From contig JBBQPP010000001.1 in assembly GCA_038217255.1 (NCBI GenBank), positions 1 to 49,563 of the forward strand: DNA of 49,563 nucleotides, given 5' to 3'. This DNA comes from Bacteroidales bacterium (GTDB taxonomy: Bacteria > Bacteroidota > Bacteroidia > Bacteroidales > Prolixibacteraceae). The notes under the pieces were generated by a model that saw nothing but the letters and a program-made list of their open reading frames with translations, was not told the origin of the DNA and did no database searches. Both the position numbers and the translations under genes were made by a program. Of this stretch, positions 40,465 through 49,563 are shown piece after piece; within the stretch, counting starts at the first letter, position 1; each line of letters opens with the position of its first letter.

Positions 40465-40494
40465 GTCCTGGGCTTTTTAGCCCGGGACTATTTT
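40465..40494 (+). terminator. Hairpin, probable intrinsic terminator or processing stem after tuf
   Basis: GTCCTGGGCT-TTTT-AGCCCGGGAC followed by TATTTT. Confidence 0.65.
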
Positions 40495-40557
40495 GCGGAT
40501 GAAGCTCTAAACGGGAGTGGTTTTAAAAGACAGTAAGTTCAAATCTTGCCTTCCGTA
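40495..40557 (+). pseudogene. tRNA-like element (degenerate tRNA, positionally tRNA-Trp) lacking a proper anticodon arm
   Basis: Acceptor GCGGATG/CTTCCGT (6 of 7 pairs), D stem GCTC/GAGT, T arm GTAAG-TTCAAAT-CTTGC; only 14 nt between the D and T stems and no CCA anticodon; sits between tuf and secE. Confidence 0.75.
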
Positions 40558-40575
40558 CAAATTTGATTATATAAA

Positions 40576-40767
40576 ATGAGAATAAAATTATACTTCCAGG
40601 AGGCTTACGATGAACTTGTTCATAAAGTAACATGGCCTACATGGAAAGAGCTACAAAGTAGCGCATTGGTTGTAATGGTTGCTTCCTTAATAATATCACT
40701 TGTAATTTTCGCTATGGATCTATCTTTCAGAAACATAATGGAACTTATCTATGGTTTATTTTATTAA
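40576..40767 (+). CDS. secE: Preprotein translocase subunit SecE
   Basis: ELVHKVTWPTWKEL motif plus a TM helix; upstream of nusG. Confidence 0.96.
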   Translation: MRIKLYFQEAYDELVHKVTWPTWKELQSSALVVMVASLIISLVIFAMDLSFRNIMELIYGLFY

Positions 40768-40786
40768 TCGAAATCCTTAAATCAAA

Positions 40787-41335
40787 ATGAGCGACAATAG
40801 TAAAAAATGGTATGTTCTGCGTGCTATAGGCGGAAAAGAGAAAAAGGTAAAGGAATATATCGAAAATGAAATCGCAAACGGAGATTTAAAAGGTTTTGTT
40901 GATCAGGTTCTTATACCAACAGAAAAGGTTTACCAAATCAGAAATGGTAAAAAAATCAGTAAGGAGAGAAATTTTTTCCCGGGTTATATTTTACTCGAGG
41001 CCGAATTAGTAGGTGAAGTTGCACACACACTAAGGAATTTTCCTAATGTTATCGGGTTCTTAGGCGACACTAAAGGTGGAGATCCGGTTCCAATGAGGCA
41101 AAACGAGGTAAATAGAATTTTAGGGAGGGTTGATGAACTTGCTGAAAACGATGAGGAAATTAACATTCCTTTTGTGTTGGGAGAAACTGTAAAAGTAGTC
41201 GATGGACCATTTAACGGCTTTAACGGAACCATTGAAGAAATCAATGAGGAGAAGAAGAAGCTGCAGGTAATGGTGAAGATTTTTGGACGTAAAACTCCTC
41301 TGGAACTTAGCTTTATGCAAGTTGAAAAGGAGTAA
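40787..41335 (+). CDS. nusG: Transcription termination/antitermination factor NusG
   Basis: WYVLR, FFPGY, KOW motif VDGPFNGFNG and IFGRKTPLEL. Confidence 0.98.
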   Translation: MSDNSKKWYVLRAIGGKEKKVKEYIENEIANGDLKGFVDQVLIPTEKVYQIRNGKKISKERNFFPGYILLEAELVGEVAHTLRNFPNVIGFLGDTKGGDPVPMRQNEVNRILGRVDELAENDEEINIPFVLGETVKVVDGPFNGFNGTIEEINEEKKKLQVMVKIFGRKTPLELSFMQVEKE

Positions 41336-41355
41336 AAACACGTTAAATATGTATT

Positions 41356-41799
41356 ATGGCTAAAGAAATTGCTGGATTAATTAAATTACAGATTAAAGGT
41401 GGTGCTGCTAATCCTTCACCACCGGTGGGACCAGCATTGGGCTCCAAAGGGGTAAATATAATGCAGTTCTGCAAACAGTTTAACGCACGCACACAAGACC
41501 AGGCTGGTAAAGTGCTCCCTGTTATTATTACTGTTTTTGCAGACAAATCATTCGATTTCATTATAAAACAACCTCCTGTTGCTATCCAATTGCTTGAAGT
41601 AGCAAAAGTGAAAAAAGGTTCACCAGAACCTCACGTTAATAAAGTGGGGGCTGTAACCTGGGATCAGGTTAAGCAAATTGCCGAAGGCAAACTGGTTGAT
41701 TTAAATTGCTTTACTATTGAATCGGCTATGAAAATGGTCGCTGGTACTGCCAGAAGTATGGGGATTACTGTAAAAGGTACTTCACCATTCAAAAACTAA
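41356..41799 (+). CDS. rplK: 50S ribosomal protein uL11
   Basis: [12 protein letters not shown] and GTARSMG motifs. Confidence 0.99.
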   Translation: MAKEIAGLIKLQIKGGAANPSPPVGPALGSKGVNIMQFCKQFNARTQDQAGKVLPVIITVFADKSFDFIIKQPPVAIQLLEVAKVKKGSPEPHVNKVGAVTWDQVKQIAEGKLVDLNCFTIESAMKMVAGTARSMGITVKGTSPFKN

Positions 41800-41813
41800 A
41801 TAAATCTTATACG

Positions 41814-42509
41814 ATGGGCAGAATTACGAAAAATAAAAAAGCTTCTCTTGAGAAACTCGAAAAGGGAAAAGCTTACACATTAGATGAAGCTGTTGAATTG
41901 GTTAAGGATATAACTTTTACCAAATTCGATGCATCAGTAGATATTGATGTAAGACTTGGAGTAGACCCAAGAAAAGCTAACCAGATGGTTAGAGGCGTTG
42001 TTTCGTTACCCCATGGAACTGGAAAAGAAGTTCGTGTATTAGCGATGGTTACTCCTGATAAAATGCAGGAAGCATTAGACGCTGGTGCCGACTTTGTTGG
42101 TCTTGATGATTACATCGAGAAAATAAAGGGCGGTTGGACGGATGTTGACGTTATTATCACAATGCCACCTGTTATGGGAAAAGTTGGGGCGTTGGGCCGT
42201 ATTTTAGGTCCACGAGGTTTAATGCCAAACCCCAAAAGTGGAACCGTAACAATGGATGTTGGTAAAGCCGTCAGCGAAGTTAAACAAGGTAAAATCGACT
42301 TTAAGGTTGATAAATTTGGTATTGTCCACACTTCTATCGGAAAAGTATCATTTACTCCCGAAAAAATTAAGGACAATGCGTTGGTATTTGTAGATACCAT
42401 TATGAAACTAAAGCCAACTGCAGCAAAAGGTACATATATTAGAAGTATTTACCTTTCCAGTACTATGAGCTCCGGTATTCAAGTTGAACCAAAATCAGTT
42501 GTTGATTAA
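41814..42509 (+). CDS. rplA: 50S ribosomal protein uL1
   Basis: [13 protein letters not shown] and [11 protein letters not shown] motifs. Confidence 0.99.
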   Translation: MGRITKNKKASLEKLEKGKAYTLDEAVELVKDITFTKFDASVDIDVRLGVDPRKANQMVRGVVSLPHGTGKEVRVLAMVTPDKMQEALDAGADFVGLDDYIEKIKGGWTDVDVIITMPPVMGKVGALGRILGPRGLMPNPKSGTVTMDVGKAVSEVKQGKIDFKVDKFGIVHTSIGKVSFTPEKIKDNALVFVDTIMKLKPTAAKGTYIRSIYLSSTMSSGIQVEPKSVVD

Positions 42510-42521
42510 AAATGTGTAAAA

Positions 42522-43040
42522 ATGAAGAGTTCAGATAAAAAAGTTATTATTAATAATTTACAAGAACAAATTGATTCTTACAACCATTTTTACCTTGCTG
42601 ACATCAGTGGTTTAAATGCGGAAAGCACCGGTGATTTACGAAGGCTATGTTTTAACCAGAATGTAAAACTGGTGGTTGTTAAGAATACTCTCTTACGTAA
42701 AGCTTTAGAAAATTCTAATAAGAATATTGAAGAAATTTACGATGCGCTGAAGGGTAATACCTCAGTAATGTTTTCCGAAAATGCAAATGTACCTGCAAAA
42801 CTGATTAAAGATTTTAGTAAAAAACATAAAAAACCTGTGTTAAAGGCGGCTTATGTTGAGGAATCAGTTTATATGGGTGCAAATCAATTAGAATCTTTGA
42901 TTGCAGTGAAATCGAAAAACGAACTTATTGCTGATGTTGTTGCACTTTTACAATCACCAATGAAAACTGTTCTTGGACAGTTGCAATCTGGTGGAAATAT
43001 CATTCATGGTGTTTTGAAAACACTTGGAGAAAAAGAATAG
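42522..43040 (+). CDS. rplJ: 50S ribosomal protein uL10
   Basis: LRR...VVKNTLL motif; lies between rplA and rplL. Confidence 0.96.
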   Translation: MKSSDKKVIINNLQEQIDSYNHFYLADISGLNAESTGDLRRLCFNQNVKLVVVKNTLLRKALENSNKNIEEIYDALKGNTSVMFSENANVPAKLIKDFSKKHKKPVLKAAYVEESVYMGANQLESLIAVKSKNELIADVVALLQSPMKTVLGQLQSGGNIIHGVLKTLGEKE

Positions 43041-43073
43041 TTTTTTTTGAAATAATTTATAAAATTAATAGAA

Positions 43074-43454
43074 ATGGCAGATTTAAAACAGCTTGCAGAA
43101 TCGTTGGTTAATCTTACAGTAAAAGAAGTTAACGAATTAGCTGGAATTCTGAAAGACGAATATGGAATTGAACCAGCTGCAGCAGCAGTTGCAGTTGCAG
43201 GACCAGCAGCCGGTGGTGGCGAAGAAGCTGCTGCAGCTGAGCAAACAGAATTCGATGTGATTTTGAAAGCAGCAGGCCAGGCGAAACTTGGTGTTGTTAA
43301 ACTCGTTAAAGAATTAACAGGTTTAGGCTTAAAAGAAGCTAAAGAATTAGTTGATGCAGCTCCAAAAGCAATCAAAGAAAAAGTATCTAAAGACGAAGCT
43401 GCAGCTCTTAAGAGCCAGCTCGAAGAAGCTGGGGCCGAAGTTGAAGTTAAATAA
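43074..43454 (+). CDS. rplL: 50S ribosomal protein bL12
   Basis: Ala-rich hinge, EQTEFDV and [13 protein letters not shown] motifs. Confidence 0.99.
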   Translation: MADLKQLAESLVNLTVKEVNELAGILKDEYGIEPAAAAVAVAGPAAGGGEEAAAAEQTEFDVILKAAGQAKLGVVKLVKELTGLGLKEAKELVDAAPKAIKEKVSKDEAAALKSQLEEAGAEVEVK

Positions 43455-43482
43455 CGCAATTAGACCTTTTTAAAGGTTATAC

Positions 43483-43521
43483 GGTTTAGAAGCCTGCGAT
43501 AGTAGGCTTCTAAACCTTTTT
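43483..43521 (+). terminator. Intrinsic terminator/attenuator between rplL and rpoB
   Basis: 15-bp stem GGTTTAGAAGCCTGC / GTAGGCTTCTAAACC (one G-T pair), GATA loop, T5 tail. Confidence 0.85.
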
Positions 43522-43560
43522 GTGTATTAGTATTTTACATAAATTAACTTGTATAAATAC

Positions 43561-46500
43561 ATGTCTGTACAAACAAAAAATGAGAGGATTAATTTCTCCT
43601 CCACAAAAACCAGGTTTGATTACCCTGACTTCTTAGAAGTACAAGTTAAATCATTTAAAGATTTTTTTCAGTTAAAAACCACTCCTGATAACAGAAAATC
43701 CGAAGGATTATTCCGTGTATTTGAGGAAAATTTTCCTATAACAGATACACGTAATAACTTCGTTTTGGAATTTATCGACTATCAGGTTGACCCTCCAAGA
43801 TATTCCATACCGGAATGTATAGAGCGTGGTTTAACTTTTAGTGTGCCGTTAAAGGCCAAATTAAAGTTATACTGTACCGATGCTGAACACGAAGATTTTG
43901 ATACCGTTGTTCAGGATGTATATCTGGGTACTGTGCCATACATGACCGACAGAGGAACCTTTATTATAAATGGGGCCGAACGTGTTATTGTATCGCAGTT
44001 GCACAGGTCGCCGGGTGTATTCTTTGGACAAAGTTTGCACGCAAACGGTACAAAACTTTATTCAGCACGTATTATCCCGTTCAAAGGATCGTGGATTGAG
44101 TTTGCAACCGACATTAATAGTGTTATGTTTGCTTATATCGACAGGAAAAAGAAACTTCCTGTAACGACTCTGTTACGTGCTATTGGTTTTGAAAGTGATA
44201 AAGATATTCTTGAAATATTTAATCTGGCCGATGAAATAAAAGTATCAAGAACTTCACTGAAAAAGGTAGTCGGTAGGCGATTGGCAGCCCGTGTGTTAAA
44301 ATCATGGGTTGAAGATTTCGTTGATGAAGATACGGGTGAAGTTGTTTCAATCGAGCGTAACGAAGTTATAATCGATCGTGAAGTTGATATTGAAGAAGAC
44401 CATATCGAAGAAATCCTTGAATCAGGAGTTAAAACAATTCTTTTGCATAAAGAAGATCAAAATCAGCAGGATTTTGCTATCATTTACAATACGCTGCAAA
44501 AAGATCCATGTAACTCTGAAAAAGAAGCAGTATTACATATCTATAGGCAGTTGCGTAACGCAGAACCGCCAGATGAAGCTACTGCAAGGGATGTAATCGA
44601 TAAACTTTTCTTCTCAGATAAAAGATATGATCTTGGAGAGGTTGGCCGATACAGGATTAATAAAAAATTAGGACTAACAGTCGATTCAGAAAATAGGGTA
44701 CTTACCAAAGAAGATATAATTGAGATTATAAAACATCTTATCCAATTGGTAAATGCAAAAACTGATGTTGATGATATCGACCATTTAAGTAACCGGAGGG
44801 TTCGCACCGTTGGAGAACAAATGTTTAACCAATTTGGTGTGGGTTTGGCCCGTATGGCCCGTACGATTCGTGAAAGAATGAACGTGCGTGATAATGAAGT
44901 TTTTACCCCAATTGATTTGATCAATTCAAAAACATTGTCTTCAGTTATCAATTCATTCTTTGGAACAAATGCACTGTCACAGTTTATGGATCAAACAAAT
45001 CCATTGGCTGAGATGACCCATAAACGTCGTATGTCGGCATTGGGACCTGGCGGTTTGTCCAGAGAAAGAGCTGGTTTCGAAGTTCGTGACGTGCACTTTA
45101 CACATTACGGAAGACTTTGTCCGATTGAAACTCCCGAGGGACCAAATATCGGATTGATTTCGTCACTTTGTGTATTTGCAAAAATTAATGACCTCGGATT
45201 TATTTCAACACCATACAGAAAAGCTGCGAATGGAAAAGTTGATCTTTCTGAAGATGGAGTAGTTTATTTAACTGCCGAAGAGGAAGAAGGGCAAATTATT
45301 GCACAAGCCAATGCCCCAATCGATGATAATGGAAATTTCATCAATGCCAAAGTAAAAGCACGGCTCGAAGGAGATTATCCGGTAATTGAAAAGGAAAAAG
45401 TCCAGTTAATGGACGTTGGCCCTAACCAGATTGCTTCTGTTGCTGCTTCTTTAATTTCGTTTCTGGAACATGATGATGCAAACCGTGCATTAATGGGATC
45501 GAACATGATGCGACAGGCAGTTCCATTACTCCGCCCAGAAGCCCCAATTGTTGGGACTGGCTTGGAAGGCAGGGCTGCATCCGATTCACAGATTTTGGTA
45601 AAAGGCGAATTCGATGGAGTTATTGAATTTGTTGATGCCGAACAAATTATTGTTCGTTACGATATTGCAGAGGAAGACAGGTTTGTTAGCTTCGATCCTG
45701 AAGTTGTAACCTATAAACTTCAGAAATATACAAAAACAAACCAAGGTACAACTGTTGATTTGAAACCCATTGTTAGGAAAGGTGATCGGATTAAGAAAGG
45801 TCAGATTTTAACAGAAGGTTATGCAACCGATAAAGGTGAACTTGCTTTGGGAAGAAATCTTATGGTTGCATTTATGCCATGGCAGGGTTACAACTATGAA
45901 GATGCAATTGTAATTTCGGAGCGGATGGTTCGTGAAGATGTTTTCACTTCAGTACATGTTGACGAATACAGCCTTGAAGTGCGCGACACTAAGCGTGGGG
46001 TTGAAGAATTTACTTCGGACATTCCAAACGTTAGTGAAGAAGCAACACGTAATCTGGACGAAAACGGATTGATAAGGATTGGAGCAGATATTAAACCTGG
46101 TGATATCCTTATCGGAAAAATTACTCCAAAAGGAGAATCAGACCCGTCTCCCGAAGAAAAGTTATTGCGTGCTATTTTTGGTGACAAAGCTGGTGACGTA
46201 AAAGATGCTTCTTTAAAGGCATCGCCTTCATTAAATGGGGTTGTCATCAATAAAAAATTGTTTTCTCGTGTAGCTAAAGACAAGAAAGGTACAGCAACTA
46301 AAAAGTTGCTCGACCAGATTGATGAAAAATTTGATCGTGAGGTAACTTCCCTTAGAGCAAGACTTGAAGATAAAGTTTTCACACTTGTTACAGGCAAAAC
46401 TTCACAAGGTGTGAAAGATTATTATGGTACTGAGATTATTCCCAAAGGTGTCAAATTCACGCTGAAACAATTGCAGGAGCTTGATTATTTAAATATCAAT

Positions 46501-47370
46501 CCTGGAAAATGGACTACAGATAAATTGAAAAACGACATGGTCTTTGCTGTAATCAATAATTACATTCTTAAATATAAAGAAGCAGAGGCCGTTTCACGTC
46601 GCGAAAGATATAATATTACCATTGGTGATGAACTTCCTGCTGGTATTATTCAGCTTGCAAAAGTTTATGTAGCTAAAAAACGCAAACTGCAAATCGGTGA
46701 TAAAATGGCCGGACGTCATGGAAACAAAGGTATTGTTTCCAGGGTAGTTCGTCAGGAAGATATGCCATTCCTATCAGATGGGACACCGGTTGATATCGTA
46801 CTTAATCCGCTTGGTGTACCTTCGCGTATGAACCTTGGACAGATATACGAAACTGTACTTGGTTGGGCAGGGAAAAACCTCGGATTAAAGTTTGCAACTC
46901 CAATCTTTGATGGTGCAACTCTCGACGAAATTTGTGAATATACAGATAAGGCTGGCGTTCCAAGATTTGGAGTAACAAGACTTATTGACGGTGAGACAGG
47001 TGTGCAATTCGACCAGCCAGCCACTGTGGGTATAATTTATATGATGAAATTGGGTCACATGGTTGAAGATAAAATGCATGCACGTTCAATTGGGCCATAT
47101 TCACTTATTACTCAGCAACCTTTGGGTGGTAAAGCTCAGTTTGGAGGACAGCGTTTTGGAGAAATGGAAGTGTGGGCACTTGAAGCATTTGGCGCTTCGC
47201 ATATTTTGCAGGAAATTCTTACCGTTAAGTCTGATGACGTAATGGGGCGTGCAAAAGCATACGAATCAATTGTAAAAGGTGAACCAATGCCGCAACCAGG
47301 TATTCCTGAATCACTCAATGTGTTGCTACACGAACTTAGAGGCTTAGGCCTTAGTGTTAGAATGGAGTAA
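43561..47370 (+). CDS. rpoB: DNA-directed RNA polymerase subunit beta
   Basis: [30 protein letters not shown] and GGQRFGEME motifs; ATG at 43561 preferred over TTG at 43549. Confidence 0.99.
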   Translation: MSVQTKNERINFSSTKTRFDYPDFLEVQVKSFKDFFQLKTTPDNRKSEGLFRVFEENFPITDTRNNFVLEFIDYQVDPPRYSIPECIERGLTFSVPLKAKLKLYCTDAEHEDFDTVVQDVYLGTVPYMTDRGTFIINGAERVIVSQLHRSPGVFFGQSLHANGTKLYSARIIPFKGSWIEFATDINSVMFAYIDRKKKLPVTTLLRAIGFESDKDILEIFNLADEIKVSRTSLKKVVGRRLAARVLKSWVEDFVDEDTGEVVSIERNEVIIDREVDIEEDHIEEILESGVKTILLHKEDQNQQDFAIIYNTLQKDPCNSEKEAVLHIYRQLRNAEPPDEATARDVIDKLFFSDKRYDLGEVGRYRINKKLGLTVDSENRVLTKEDIIEIIKHLIQLVNAKTDVDDIDHLSNRRVRTVGEQMFNQFGVGLARMARTIRERMNVRDNEVFTPIDLINSKTLSSVINSFFGTNALSQFMDQTNPLAEMTHKRRMSALGPGGLSRERAGFEVRDVHFTHYGRLCPIETPEGPNIGLISSLCVFAKINDLGFISTPYRKAANGKVDLSEDGVVYLTAEEEEGQIIAQANAPIDDNGNFINAKVKARLEGDYPVIEKEKVQLMDVGPNQIASVAASLISFLEHDDANRALMGSNMMRQAVPLLRPEAPIVGTGLEGRAASDSQILVKGEFDGVIEFVDAEQIIVRYDIAEEDRFVSFDPEVVTYKLQKYTKTNQGTTVDLKPIVRKGDRIKKGQILTEGYATDKGELALGRNLMVAFMPWQGYNYEDAIVISERMVREDVFTSVHVDEYSLEVRDTKRGVEEFTSDIPNVSEEATRNLDENGLIRIGADIKPGDILIGKITPKGESDPSPEEKLLRAIFGDKAGDVKDASLKASPSLNGVVINKKLFSRVAKDKKGTATKKLLDQIDEKFDREVTSLRARLEDKVFTLVTGKTSQGVKDYYGTEIIPKGVKFTLKQLQELDYLNINPGKWTTDKLKNDMVFAVINNYILKYKEAEAVSRRERYNITIGDELPAGIIQLAKVYVAKKRKLQIGDKMAGRHGNKGIVSRVVRQEDMPFLSDGTPVDIVLNPLGVPSRMNLGQIYETVLGWAGKNLGLKFATPIFDGATLDEICEYTDKAGVPRFGVTRLIDGETGVQFDQPATVGIIYMMKLGHMVEDKMHARSIGPYSLITQQPLGGKAQFGGQRFGEMEVWALEAFGASHILQEILTVKSDDVMGRAKAYESIVKGEPMPQPGIPESLNVLLHELRGLGLSVRME

Positions 47371-47421
47371 AAGCCCTTCTAAATTGAACAGGTTCTGTTT
47401 TAATTATTTTTAATTAGTATT

Positions 47422-49563
47422 ATGGCATTCAGAAAAGATAATAAAGCGAAAATTAGTTTTTCAAAAGTTTCAATCAGTCTTTCTTCACCTGAAGAAATTC
47501 TTGAAAGATCGTTTGGCGAGGTTTTAAAACCTGAAACAATAAACTACAGGACGTACAAGCCGGAACGCGATGGATTGTTTTGTGAACGTATTTTCGGACC
47601 CGTAAAAGACTACGAATGTCATTGCGGTAAATACAAACGAATCCGTTACAAAGGAATTGTTTGCGACCGTTGTGGCGTTGAGGTTACAGAGAAAAAAGTG
47701 CGTCGGGAAAGAATGGGGCACATTTCACTGGTTGTTCCGGTAGCTCATATTTGGTATTTTAAGTCACTTCCCAATAAAATTGGCTATTTGCTTGGCCTGC
47801 CAACCAAAAAGCTTGATACAATTATTTACTACGAACGTTATGTTGTAATAAATGCAGGTGTTAAAGCAATCGATGGGGTTAAGAATTTAGATTTTCTTAC
47901 AGAAGAAGAGTACCTTGATATTCTGGATACTCTTCCAAAAGAAAATCATCTTTTAGATGATGACGATCCAAATAAATTTATGGCAAAAATGGGAGCAGAA
48001 GCACTGTTCCAAATTTTAAGCCGGATCGACCTCGATGATTTGTCGTTTACTTTGAGGCACAAAGCAAATACTGAAACTTCTCAACAACGTAAGAATGAAG
48101 CATTAAAAAGGCTGCAGGTTGTTGAAGCTTTCAGAGCAAGTAAAAATATAAACCGCCCGGAATGGATGATTGTCCGCGTTGTTCCTGTCATTCCACCTGA
48201 CTTGCGCCCATTGGTGCCTTTGGATGGAGGTAGGTTTGCTACTTCTGATTTAAATGACCTTTACAGAAGAGTTATAATCAGGAACAACCGATTGAAACGA
48301 TTGATAGAAATCAAAGCTCCCGAGGTGATTCTTCGTAACGAAAAACGAATGTTACAGGAAGCTGTTGATTCATTGTTCGACAATTCAAGGAAATCGAATG
48401 CTGTAAAAACTGAAAACAACAGGGCGTTGAAATCTCTTTCTGATAGTTTGAAAGGGAAACAAGGCCGGTTCCGTCAGAACCTTCTCGGTAAACGTGTTGA
48501 TTATTCAGCCCGTTCGGTAATTGTGGTTGGTCCAAAATTGAAAATCCACGAATGTGGAATTCCAAAAGACATGGCTGCCGAATTGTACAAACCGTTTGTT
48601 ATCCGGAAGTTGATTGAGCGCGGAATTGTAAAAACAGTTAAATCAGCAAAGAAAATAGTTGACCGCAAAGATCCCGTAGTTTGGGAGATTTTGGAAAACG
48701 TGTTGAAAGGTCATCCGGTGTTATTAAACCGGGCGCCCACGCTTCACCGTTTGTCAATCCAGGCTTTTCAGCCAGTGTTGATTGAAGGTAAAGCAATCCA
48801 GTTGCACCCGCTTGTTTGTACAGGTTTCAACGCCGACTTCGACGGTGACCAAATGGCTGTTCATCTTCCGCTTGGAAATGCTGCTATTTTGGAAGCCCAG
48901 CTTTTAATGCTCGCTTCGCACAACCTGTTGAACCCTGCGAATGGTGCGCCAATCCAGGTTCCTTCTCAAGACATGGTTCTCGGTCTGTATTACATGACCA
49001 AAGCCAGAAAAGGGGCAAAGGGAGAAGGCATGACTTTCTATTCTGCTGAAGAAGTAATTATTGCTTATTCTGAAAAAGTAATCGAACTTCACGCTATTAT
49101 TAAAGTGAAGGTTGAGGACGTGGATGAAACTGGCGAATATTTCAAACATATTATTGAAACCACTGTTGGCAGGGTTCTTTTTAACGAAAAAGTGCCGCGC
49201 CAAGCAGGTTACATTAACCAAATTCTAACCAAGAAATCATTGCGTACAATCATTACTGATGTATTTATTCGTAGTGGTAATGCTACTACGGTTGCTTTTC
49301 TGGATGATATTAAGGAAATTGGTTACGACATGGCTTACCGTGGAGGACTGTCATTCAACTTAGATGACGTTATTATTCCAGCGGAAAAAGAAAAAATTGT
49401 TGCTGATGGTTACGCCGAAGTTGAAGAGGTAATGAATAACTATAACATGGGATTTATTACCAACAACGAACGATACAATCAGGTTATCGATATTTGGACA
49501 CATGCCAACTCGAAACTGACAAATGTGGTAATGCAAACTTTGAGCAGTGATAAACAGGGTTTC
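47422..49563 (+). CDS. rpoC: DNA-directed RNA polymerase subunit beta', 3'-truncated by the window edge (absent from the ORF track)
   Basis: ATG at 47422 (MAFRKDNK...); KPETINYRT, zinc-finger Cys residues, GKRVDYS and the catalytic NADFDGD at about 48829-48849. Confidence 0.99.
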   Translation, partial: MAFRKDNKAKISFSKVSISLSSPEEILERSFGEVLKPETINYRTYKPERDGLFCERIFGPVKDYECHCGKYKRIRYKGIVCDRCGVEVTEKKVRRERMGHISLVVPVAHIWYFKSLPNKIGYLLGLPTKKLDTIIYYERYVVINAGVKAIDGVKNLDFLTEEEYLDILDTLPKENHLLDDDDPNKFMAKMGAEALFQILSRIDLDDLSFTLRHKANTETSQQRKNEALKRLQVVEAFRASKNINRPEWMIVRVVPVIPPDLRPLVPLDGGRFATSDLNDLYRRVIIRNNRLKRLIEIKAPEVILRNEKRMLQEAVDSLFDNSRKSNAVKTENNRALKSLSDSLKGKQGRFRQNLLGKRVDYSARSVIVVGPKLKIHECGIPKDMAAELYKPFVIRKLIERGIVKTVKSAKKIVDRKDPVVWEILENVLKGHPVLLNRAPTLHRLSIQAFQPVLIEGKAIQLHPLVCTGFNADFDGDQMAVHLPLGNAAILEAQLLMLASHNLLNPANGAPIQVPSQDMVLGLYYMTKARKGAKGEGMTFYSAEEVIIAYSEKVIELHAIIKVKVEDVDETGEYFKHIIETTVGRVLFNEKVPRQAGYINQILTKKSLRTIITDVFIRSGNATTVAFLDDIKEIGYDMAYRGGLSFNLDDVIIPAEKEKIVADGYAEVEEVMNNYNMGFITNNERYNQVIDIWTHANSKLTNVVMQTLSSDKQGF

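Noticed and set aside
40519-40532. Reading the tRNA-like element as a suppressor (TTA) or Leu (TAA) tRNA, implying recoding
   Set aside because: No 5-bp stem with 7-nt loop can form. TAA is the main stop codon in the window and ORFs end where expected.
44953-45060. Possible rifampicin-resistance substitutions in rpoB cluster I
   Set aside because: Residues equivalent to E. coli Q513, D516, H526 and S531 are canonical; the other differences look lineage-typical.

Overview
AT-rich, gene-dense chromosomal window from a member of the Bacteroidota, probably a Bacteroidales/Marinilabiliales-type organism. This assignment is inferred from TAnnTTTG promoters, A-rich Shine-Dalgarno-less start regions, type IX secretion genes and gene order. 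Content, left to right: porU (5'-truncated)-porV-ispF-CoA-binding-thioredoxin; lemA with two TPM genes; purA, fur, relA/spoT; GT4, NUDIX, miaA and a pRiA4b-ORF3-like gene; an orphan MacB/FtsX permease; gap; a small putative Cys-rich lipoprotein divergent from a 2061-aa T9SS-secreted SprB-repeat protein; an SDR-GT2-LytS-LytTR operon; a degenerate half-PurL gene, menG and porT; trmH-family; tamL; an NSS transporter; a multi-HhH protein; and the core block rpsU-xerC-raiA-tRNAs-tuf-secE-nusG-rplK-rplA-rplJ-rplL-rpoB-rpoC (3'-truncated). No CRISPR array, prophage, IS element or rRNA was seen. The most unusual signal is in the tuf tRNA cluster. Only tRNA-Gly(TCC) and tRNA-Thr(GGT) are intact. The tRNA-Trp slot before secE holds a 63-nt tRNA-like element with acceptor, D and T arms but a collapsed anticodon arm, and the Thr(TGT)/Tyr(GTA) slot holds at most decayed traces. 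Other points of interest are the stand-alone PurL C-half with altered motifs, the giant adhesin-like protein ending in nuclease-type OB-folds with no catalytic domain, five operator-like palindromes in its promoter region, and the tiny CxxCxCPAY lipoprotein. All family assignments come from motif recognition by eye, not from database searches.
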